From Azolla caroliniana (lineage: Eukaryota; Plantae; Polypodiophyta), in contig JBHGNT010001226.1 of NCBI GenBank assembly GCA_043228905.1, positions 1 through 10,822 on the forward strand: a stretch of DNA of 10,822 nucleotides. Reading direction: 5' to 3'. Position 1 is the stretch's first letter, and the number at the start of each line of letters is the position of its first letter. Shown here in pieces: positions 1-8,053 of this stretch. Under the pieces are notes generated by a model. The model was not told the DNA's origin and ran no database searches. It saw nothing but the letters and a program-made list of their open reading frames with translations. The position numbers were made by a program, and so were the translations under genes.

Positions 1-1
1 C

Positions 2-486
2 TACAGAGTTGATCGGTGATCGACCTCCGGATTTGTCTTCTCGCTCGGTAACAGAGCAATATCTTGGAGTAGTAAGAAGTAGCCTACCGTCGCACTTTCG
101 AGTACGGAGGCCGAATACAGGAGCGCAGCCTTAGCTACATGTGAGGTCGTATGGCTCAAGAGGATTTTGAAGGATCTGGGCGTTCCCATCAAAGATCTGA
201 CTCCCATTTACTACGACGACATGAGGCTCAGAACCCGGTGTTCCACGCACGCACAAAGCATATCGAAGTGCACTACCACTTCATTCGAGAGCGTGTTTAG
301 GCCGGAGATGTCAAACTTCTACACATAAACACGAATCTTTAGACAACCAACATCTTCACCAAGGCCCTAGGAGCCGACAAGCTTCGGTAATTCATGTCAG
401 ACCTTGGATTGACGATCCCTGACTTGCCAAGCTTGAGGGGGAGTACAAGCGAAAACCGGATACTGTTCGAACCGGGTACAAGTTGA
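2..486 (+). pseudogene. Ty1/Copia pol C-terminus (RNase H domain), disrupted
   Basis: Frame 2 (2-225) reads [55 protein letters not shown]...YYDDM. Frame 1 from 226 reads [47 protein letters not shown]...SLRGS. These are the canonical Copia RNase H motifs ([33 protein letters not shown]). There are 5 internal stops and a frameshifting deletion at ~225/226. Confidence 0.96.
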
Positions 487-560
487 AGCGGACACCGGAG
501 ACCGTCTGGACTAGATACCAGCCGAAGCGGACATCAACCGAAAGGAACCGACCCGAGTTG

Positions 561-574
561 AGCTTGAGAGGGCA
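561..574 (+). other. Polypurine tract (plus-strand primer site) of Copia element A
   Basis: AGCTTGAGAGGGCA lies immediately 5' of the LTR-initial TG at 575. A similar tract AGCTTGAGGGGGAG lies at 430-443. Confidence 0.75.
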
Positions 575-972
575 TGTTGAGAATCAAGCTCAACATAGTG
601 CAACGTGTGAACACACCTTTTGAGAATCTATGATTACTCAAAGGTCAAGAGTCACACCACTACTCTCTACACATTAACTATGTGTCATAGAATCATATTC
701 TATGACACATAACTAATGAGTTACATATTCCCCATGACTATGAGTTTTCACATTCCCCAAGAGAGAGAGTAGTTGTTGTAGTTAGTTAATGAAGAGAGAG
801 GGTGACTATATATAAAGCACCCTTCTCCTACTTCATACTAAGGCGGTTAATCTCCTTTGTAATATAACATACATCTCTAAGAGAGAGTATTTTCCATTGT
901 CTATTCTATCTATCTTGTGTTTCCCTCCTCTCCTCTCTCTCTCTCTCACTCACATAACACACATCTCTAACC
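575..972 (+). repeat. 3' LTR of Copia element A (~398 bp)
   Basis: Starts TGTTGAGA directly after the PPT and ends TCTCTAAC(C), an imperfect inverted copy of the start with the expected terminal A absent. Contains a TATA box (807-816) and a CT-rich distal part. The right boundary is uncertain by a few bp. Confidence 0.8.
807..816 (+). promoter_or_regulatory. Putative TATA box of LTR A
   Basis: TATATATAAA about 230 bp into the LTR, a position compatible with the U3 promoter. Confidence 0.55.
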
Positions 973-1004
973 TATTCCGCTGCACAAGAATCACCATCGA
1001 TTCT

Positions 1005-1790
1005 TTACACAAACATTGCAGCACCAACATCATTTGTCTCGAGGATGAACATCCTCCCGTCTCTACACCCACATGCCATCCGTTGGCCATCATCTTCAAT
1101 GAAGCAGCCATTGTGATTAAACAATACTTGCTTTCCTTGATCGACGATTTGTCCAATAGAAACTAAGTTCTTCGCAATCGTCGGGACATGCAACACATTC
1201 TGCATCAGTACTTTCTGTCAGACATGACTGGGTGGTACATCAGCCACGTGCTCGATGGGATGCATGGTGTTGTCACTAGTTTCGACAACTCTTGGTTGTT
1301 CTGGATTCTCAAGAAAGGAGAACCATTCTACATGGTCCGTCATATGGTTGGAACCTCCAAAATCCACATACCACACCTCCTCCGGCTTAGAGGTGCAGAC
1401 TCCCATCTGATTAGATTTATGTTGAATCATTACAAGGGATGGTCCAATTTTGGCTAGCCCTGAGCCTTCGGCGAAGTGCGACCTATGATGCCTATCTGCA
1501 TCCCTCCGGCTCGATCTGTTTATTTCTGAATCGGCCTGCTTTCTCCAACACTCGCTCTCTTTGTGGCCCTTTCGGGCACAGTACCAGCAATCCATTGCAT
1601 CCTTTCCTTGTCAGGTTCTGGCACTACCTTGACTCCCCCTGCTCGTGGAGGGTCCAAAACTGTTGTCGGCACCACTTTTGTGCCTTCGATCCTGCTCTAG
1701 TCAAACGCCTCCATTGCGTGCCAAGTTGCCTTGTCCACCATGACTATGGGTCTTATCTACCTCCGTGTACAACATCTTCTATTAATCCTC
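1005..1790 (-). pseudogene. Ty1/Copia gag C-terminus (CCHC zinc knuckle) + aspartic protease region, disrupted
   Basis: A single minus frame reads KMLYTEVDKTHSHGGQG...*...*QGKDAMDCWYCARKGHKESECWRK (C-X2-C-X4-H-X4-C), then WYVDFGGSNHMT (Copia protease WxxDSGASxHM with DSG mutated to DFG), then NVLHVPTIAKNLVSIGQIVDQG...CFIED...GRMFIL. ORFs 1218..1595 and 1005..1205 are in the same frame, separated by a stop. Confidence 0.94.
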
Positions 1791-2076
1791 AGAGATGAGA
1801 GAGAGACAGAGATAGAGTAGACAATAATACTTCTATTACAAAAAGACTATGTACATAGAATGTGCTCAACGAGAGCTTTTTATACAAGCCTTGACCAAGG
1901 GTTGACAAGTATTGAGAAGTACTTGATTGCTCATTAACTAAGCATCTGACACTGACTCCCAAAAATATTCCTATTACTATGAATAAATATCGGTCTTAAC
2001 AGCCTGCCGACTCCCCATCGATCCGGCTTTCAGCTTCTTAAGCCGATCTAGCCCATGTTGAGCTTTTCTTTCAACA
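1791..2076 (-). repeat. 5' LTR of Copia element B (~286 bp, last few bases missing)
   Basis: The minus strand starts TGTTGAAAGAAAAGCTCAACAT, 18/22 identical to the start of LTR A (TGTTGAGAATCAAGCTCAACAT). It has TATAAAAA (1877-1884) and the same distal blocks as LTR A (TTTGTAATA, AGTATT, ATTGTCTA.TCTATCT, CT run, CATCTCT). Confidence 0.8.
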
Positions 2077-3079
2077 TTTATAACCATATGTAGCATTACA
2101 ATTCATGCATATCATCCACAACAATAGAGTTATAATCTTCCAATCGCCTCTTGATAAAACATGTCACCCCTCATTGTCTAAAATTGTTGTCATATCAAGG
2201 AATGCACATTGTATTTTCCCAATAGGTGTAGATGTTTTCATAGAGTAACAATGTTCTTGGATTGTTGCACTCATGTCATAGAGTATTCAATATTGTTAGC
2301 TTGTGTCATTACTTGCATAATAAAGAAAGTGGACCCCATGGTTTTCTTGTACATACATTCTCCATTTCTCTTACATCACATCTCTTGGTGTCAATCCTAA
2401 AGGCGGAAATAAGTTTTGTGTGCTTCATCACTTCACCACTTCTAATAAAGAAGTCAATTGTGAAACAAACAAGGCCTAGGGTTTCTACCTATATAAGAAG
2501 ATGAGCTACCTTCAGGAAGAGACTCTAGATATATATGCGTGTTTGTCCTTGAAACCCAAGATAGGATCCATGTTCGAACTTGATGGTATGGGGGACTTAG
2601 GTTCGTCTCTTTCCTTCTCTAGGGGGATATTCCGGTGGTCTGCCACCCTTTCGTCCACATAAATTTTCACTTTTTTTTTTGTAACATTAATTAAGATTCT
2701 TACACAAAAATATTCACTTTGATTGTTGATGGTTGATGGTATCTTGTAAAGTGGATGTCAAATAAGTAAACACATAGAATCAAGTTACGCAATGGGCTTG
2801 TTTACATGTAGTGGTGAAGCATAACAAAGAGAGAGAAACGCATAAGATTGTTGAGCACATAATTAAATTAACAGTCTATGATTAGCATTGATATACTTGA
2901 GATTGATTTTGGGGGCAATCTCCCTTTTATACGTTACAAATTACAATGCATGAAATATGCATGCAACCTTTCAAAACTTAACATTCAAACAAGTGTCAGA
3001 GTTCTATAACATCATAATAGACTTTACAACATAAGATAACCTCTCATCATATCACTTTAATGATTTGTAGTTTATTTGG

Positions 3080-3360
3080 CGTCAAATCATGGTTTCAATG
3101 GTTAAGAATATGCAGGCTCTAAACTTACATATTATTAATAAACCAAATGTTGGTTACGTTTAACACTTTGGTTTGAGCAAATTGAACCACGGAACCATGA
3201 CCTTATAGTTGGATTTGAAACACTTAAGGTAATATTTCAATTTAGGATGGATTACGTAAACGGTTTGATTTGAAACAATTCAGTGTAATAGGCTACAACT
3301 TCACAATTTGGTTTGGTTTTGCGACACTCGAATCAAACTGAAAACCGTAGTTGATTGTTG
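3080..3360. mobile_element. Possible highly decayed relative of the hAT-type element at 7563-8053 (right end only)
   Basis: 3307-3360 (TTTGGTTTGGTTTTGCGACACTCGAATCAAACTGAAAACCGTAGTTGATTGTTG) resembles 8000-8053 (GGTTTGAGTTTGACACTCTTGAACCAAACTAAACCGAAATGTTGGCGATCGCTG). GGTTT/AACC motifs are scattered upstream. The left boundary is approximate. Confidence 0.5.
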
Positions 3361-3959
3361 ATAATGCATTGCATTTGTTCACAAAAACAAAAGGCTTCAT
3401 AAATTAGTGACTTTTAGTACATTATTTTGGTGCACATATTCAAGCTTGATAATCAACAGTATTCAAATATGTTTTCTTTTATTTATAATGAAAGGTTTAA
3501 AAGCTCCATTAAGAAGTAAAGACATGTTAAATTAGGTATGAAGGAGGAATCATGATTGTCTATAATAATGACAATTGGTGGACTATTTTTTGCTTCTTTG
3601 TTGTATATGGCGTACGACAAAGTGTCTAAATAGTTATCAAGCTTGAAGAACATGGGCTCTCACATGCCCTTAAGTAATAAATAATGATTAGGCATTGGTT
3701 CTTACTATACAATTTCTTCATAAAAGTTACGGTACAAACGTCTCCAAAGTTAATATAATGCATTTCAATTGTTTATAAAACTCAAGAGACACAAAGTAAT
3801 TTATGGAAATGAGCTAACAAACCCTAAACCCTAAAATCGAGTTTTTCAAAATCAACTTATACCCAATTGTATGCGCATGTTTCAAATATCAAATTTAGAA
3901 ATGGAAGTTGCTCACATAATTCCCATACCGTTTGAAGGTTTTTACAATCTTGATAAATT

Positions 3960-4125
3960 AGTTAATCGTATACAATGATAAGCACTGTGTTGCTCTAGAG
4001 TCCATATTGATGTGACGAAATAGTTACTAGTAAACAATGATAAGTATTGTGTAACTCCATGTTAATTCCACAAAATTAGGTAATAGTATACAATGATAAG
4101 TGTCTTGTTGCTCCATATTGATTCT
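3960..4125. repeat. Degenerate tandem repeat, 3 units of ~56-62 bp
   Basis: Core ACAATGATAAG at 3972, 4034 and 4090, each preceded by a TAGTAT-like sequence and followed by TGT...TCCAT(A/G)TT. Confidence 0.8.
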
Positions 4126-4145
4126 TAAGGTAATATCAATCAATA

Positions 4146-4178
4146 TTCTTCTTCTTCTCTCACTCACTCACTCACTCA
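4146..4178. repeat. Short compound microsatellite (TTC)n(TCAC)n
   Basis: TTCTTCTTCTTCTCTCACTCACTCACTCACTCA read directly. Confidence 0.7.
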
Positions 4179-6277
4179 GTGCCATTTTTTGGGGTTTGAG
4201 CAATTGTTATGTGGTAGGACATGTCAAAGCTTGATGAAAGCCCACAATGGATATTCACAACTTGTCTTCTTACAAATATGGGAATATAAAGCAAGGCATA
4301 GGGAAAATCTAAATAACCTATCTTTATTGAAATTATCAGACTAAATCTAAATATAGTCTAATAGTGCCCATAGAGTTTAGTATTTAACCCATGCAACAAA
4401 GATGGCAAAGGGCTATTAGTTCCCTAGTGAAAAGCCAAAGTTGCAAACGAAATTTCAAGTAATGAGCATTAAGGAACCATAATTGCATGTGTTTTGTTAC
4501 TTGTTGCAATTATTGTATGATGACAACTTTCCAAAATAGTTGAAGACAGGTTCATTAGTCATGTCCCCACTTTGTACAAAGGGCCAAGGAAAGATTTCTT
4601 GATTGCAATGCATAAACATGCAAATGCCAAGTAGACATAGTTAAATAAATAGAGTTTCCCTATGTGGGCATAAATTCTTTCACACAAGTTTAACTCTTGT
4701 TTCCACCAAATCCATCGGATCTACATACACCCATTATATAAAAAAGGAGATGAAAACAAGTCACAATCATGAGTTTCATCAAATAATGGAGGCATAGGTA
4801 TATGGTTCGAAATATATTGTTGAATCGTAGGCCATATGACCTTTGATGCATATCAAGGCTATATGTCCTCTTGCATTTGATAAAAATATTACATTTCCAT
4901 CATTTTGAGGTTGCATTCGTTGTGGTCTTTTTACCCTGTGGCAAAAAGTAATCCTCAATAACGTTTCAATGAATAATTTCAAGCTAAATGTAAATTAACT
5001 TGATTAGCAACAAACCCCCCTTGTCCTCCTAACCACCACTCAAGTTTGTGCTAATTGGGCATTAAGGTATTTGACCTTTTTTAATGGCGTAAAAAATCCC
5101 TAAAAGACACAGTCCACCTCAAGATTTTTGTCATAGATACATTGCGTAAAAGGGCAAGTTGTTAGCGTCCACAATAGTTTTGTTGTAAAAACAATAATTG
5201 ATTAGCTTTCTGAGCCAAGACATCGATATGTGCACAATGCATTTAAAATATTTAATGTTCACATGTGCGTCATACACAATCATTCAAGCTTTAATAAATG
5301 TCGGCATATCCATCTACGTTTAATTCGTCAAAAGTTATTACAATATCATGCATGAAGTTTATGTTCCAAACCAAGCAACGAACAATATGAAAAACTAAAT
5401 TATCACCATAAGCGTTAATTGCACCATCCACTACAAAGTCACTATTTTAATAGTGCGAAGGTGGTGTATCTTTAACCTTCTAAAGTTCCAAATTTGCTTG
5501 ATCTTTGTCTAAAATATTCCATTCTAGGGATATTCAATGCATTTGAGAATTTGAGTCCCAAGCCAATGGATTGAATGCCATGGCTCAACTCGTGGAGGGA
5601 ACTACTTAATTTTTAAAAACAAATGATTGTTGATCCAAAAATCAAAGGAAGGAATTTGAGAGACTCGCCTAAATTTCCAAATCCTATATTGATCATTGGA
5701 CGTGAGGAAATAGTTTGTATACAAGAATATCACCTTGACATACATATTGTAATTTGTAATAATGTATGACAAATGCCAAATTCAATTCATTTATTAGATA
5801 TGATATTTTGAAGGGGAGCGGAAATTTTGCAATGGCTCATAGGAAAATGTATAGACATATGGAGATTTTTACTTGGGGTTTTGTGTACACATGTGTTGTT
5901 ACAATCAAGGAGATAATGATTCGGCCACTTTGAGGGGGGATGGGTAACTTTCTCGCTGCAAGTTGCCCATCAAAAAGTTCTTCCTGCTCTTTTGAATTTT
6001 ATTACCAAGCCTCAAGCACTTTGTTCTCTTTTTTTGCATTAGTTAATAACTTAGTAGTGTGGACATTATGGACGATTCCAACTTTTGTACAATCAACTTA
6101 CAAGCCAAATAAGCTAGCTAGAAGTTGACGATCCCTTTATGTTTATTATGTGTCAACTCTCCCATGACTTTGTCGAGCACGTTTATCATCAATTTTGGGA
6201 ATTGTTTTAAAGTAACATTCTATATGTTTGTCACCACATGTTGAGGTTTCCTCCTTGTAATGTAGCATATTGTTAAA

Positions 6278-6310
6278 TGTGTGTGCGTGTGTGCGTGTGT
6301 GTGCGTGTGT
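6278..6310. repeat. Interrupted (TG)n microsatellite with 8-bp GTGTGTGC periodicity
   Basis: TGTGTGTGCGTGTGTGCGTGTGTGTGCGTGTGT read directly. Confidence 0.92.
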
Positions 6311-6360
6311 TCTATCAAGATCCTTTGAAGCACTTTAAACACAAACATTTTCATTCATAT

Positions 6361-6364
<4 letters not shown>

Positions 6365-6441
<77 letters not shown>

Positions 6442-6446
6442 ACACA
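6365..6446. repeat. Compound microsatellite (CT)21(CA)15TA(CA)4
   Basis: Read directly. Confidence 0.97.
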
Positions 6447-6775
6447 TTGTCGACCATCAAAATCATTGTTGCTCCTCACACTCACTACGATGTGAGACAA
6501 GGAGTTGGGGCGCAAGTGATGAGAGTAGTCGATTGTGCACACTTAGTATGAGGATCAAACTTTGATACAATGCTATACCTTTGATTACATTTGACTATGT
6601 TTTCCACACATCTTTGACAAAACCCAAATCTTGTGAATTTCTCTCACAATCACTTATGGACTCTCAATTGCCAAATTCATTAGTAAAGTCTTGAACATTG
6701 AGAGTCGCCACTCAGTTTCACATGAATTATGTAAAATTGTAATACTTTTTTGTCCATACGTTAGAAGATAATGAT

Positions 6776-6780
<5 letters not shown>

Positions 6781-6824
<44 letters not shown>
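6781..6824. repeat. (CT)22 microsatellite
   Basis: Read directly. Confidence 0.97.
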
Positions 6825-6827
<3 letters not shown>

Positions 6828-7069
6828 AATGACCTTTAGTGAAGTAAAAAGACTGGAGCAAGTTAACAATAGTAGAAAACATGTGAAGGTAAATATTCAG
6901 AAATAATTGCAAATCCTTGAGTGGAGGCATTTGAGATATCTGCAAATATTTATATTATAGCCCTCATTGTAGTTATGCCTAGGCTTTCTGACAATATCTC
7001 AATGAACTAAACGTCTAGACATGTGGTGTCATTATTCTCCAATGTAGTAATCATTGAGATAGAGTAAGA

Positions 7070-7168
7070 ATGAAAGAAATATGCGAGTCACAATCCGAAG
7101 TCTGCAAGTTCTTTGGGGCATGTGCATTCTATCACATATGGATTCCGCACTATGCACACATTGTGGAG
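7070..7168 (+). pseudogene. Ty3/Gypsy pol fragment (RT-RNase H connection region)
   Basis: MKEICESQSEVCKFFGACAFYHIWIPHYAHIVE fits the Gypsy motif EVRxFLGxxxFYRxxIPxYAxIAxPL. The resemblance stops abruptly after IVE. Confidence 0.75.
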
Positions 7169-7562
7169 GACTTTTTACTTGTTATAAATGTTATACTTTC
7201 ATCAAATTTTGATATTTGGTTTAGAAATAAAGGCAAAGACATGAATTTGGAATTTAATCATGGTTTGTGAAAATTAGCTCTCTTTCATGTTACAAAAGAG
7301 TTACATTAGTATAAAATGGCTTATACACAAGAACTCTTACCATTGCTCCAATACTTATAACATTCCAAACTTTGGTTGTAAATCAGGGGGTGGGGACTAT
7401 GATCACTTTGGTGAGAAGGCTAGAGTGAGGTTTGCTGAAATTTGTTGTTCTTTGATGTACTTTGTTTGCTAACTAATGCGAAGTAGTATTTTTTTGGAAA
7501 AGAAAAAATTCGTTGGTTTTGCCTTCAATACTCATGAACCCAAAACATTATTATTGTTCTTG

Positions 7563-8053
7563 TAGCAATCGCCAACGGTTCGGTTTGATCCGAACCGAAC
7601 CGTGAAACCACAACATAATACCTTAATGGTTTAAACCGTTTGGTTTGGTTTCGATTTGGTTCGGATTGGAGGTTTAACAGTTCAATTCGAGCCTTTATCG
7701 GTTTAACGTTTTTCGGCTTAAACAGCTTGACGGTTTTAGATTGACACTTAATAATTTTCTTCAATATTTTAAGCCTAATTTTGATATTCTAAGAAAAATC
7801 TTTAAATCTTGAATTTTGATCTAATTCGAAAACCAAAAGCGAGCCATGAAACCGTGGTTTGAACTGTTTAAAGGTTTGAAAATATCTGAAACCGTTTGGT
7901 TTGAGCTTGAAATTTTTGTACCAGTTCGGTTTAAATGGTTTTGTGGCTTGGGTTGGTTTGGTTTAAGTTTCAATTTTCTTTAATGGTTCAGTTTTAAACG
8001 GTTTGAGTTTGACACTCTTGAACCAAACTAAACCGAAATGTTGGCGATCGCTG
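7563..8053. mobile_element. Non-autonomous hAT-type DNA transposon (MITE-like), 491 bp
   Basis: Left end TAGCAATCGCCAACGGTTCGGTTT matches the reverse complement of the right end, CAGCGATCGCCAACATTTCGGTTT, at 20/24 positions. Flanking 8-mers TGTTCTTG (7555-7562) and TGTACATG (8054-8061) match at 6/8. Dense subterminal AACCG/CGGTT motifs surround an AT-rich core. An 8-bp TSD and YAG-starting TIRs are hAT characteristics. Confidence 0.85.

Larger units (their letters stand above)
1..972 (+). mobile_element. 3' portion of a Ty1/Copia LTR retrotransposon (element A), continuing upstream of the window
   Basis: Order is RNase H remnant, short repetitive 3' UTR, polypurine tract (561-574), then an LTR starting TGTTGA at 575. 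Confidence 0.92.
1005..2076 (-). mobile_element. Internally deleted, 3'-truncated Ty1/Copia element B
   Basis: 5' LTR followed directly by late gag and protease. No PBS, N-terminal gag, integrase or RT is visible in the window. Confidence 0.85.

Noticed and set aside
1-1798. ORFs 1..207(-), 897..1166(+), 950..1156(-), 1188..1457(+) and 1439..1798(+) as genes
   Set aside because: They are antisense or off-frame shadows of the Copia coding remnants and have no independent motifs.
1985-2016. Minus-strand GGGGAGTCGGCAGGC followed by TGTTAAGA as a separate PPT and LTR start at 2000
   Set aside because: The start at 2076 matches LTR A's first 22 bp far better, so this is more simply an internal part of LTR B. 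A nested or shifted LTR start cannot be fully excluded.
2077-2504. Possible Mutator-like transposase remnant on the minus strand (LGLTPRDVM*EKW...) and ORFs 2209..2400 and 2262..2504
   Set aside because: Only a few suggestive residues, many stops and no diagnostic catalytic or SWIM motif. A translated search would be needed.
2671-2680. T10 run as a retroposon poly(A) tail or terminator
   Set aside because: It is short, with no recognisable SINE/LINE body or target-site duplication, and such runs are common in AT-rich DNA.
4550-4982. ORF 4779..4982(-) and nearby 'WIWWKQ' as a hAT dimerisation domain
   Set aside because: The expected downstream P.L..LA...L...SS...ER.FS motif is not found, and the ORF has no recognisable domain.
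6277-6869. ORFs with (ER)n, (LS)n, (HT)n and (CV)n tracts
   Set aside because: These are translations of dinucleotide microsatellites.
7525-7764. 79-aa basic ORF on the minus strand
   Set aside because: It lies mostly within the hAT-type element and results from the AACCG subterminal repeats (KP/EPN/RF).
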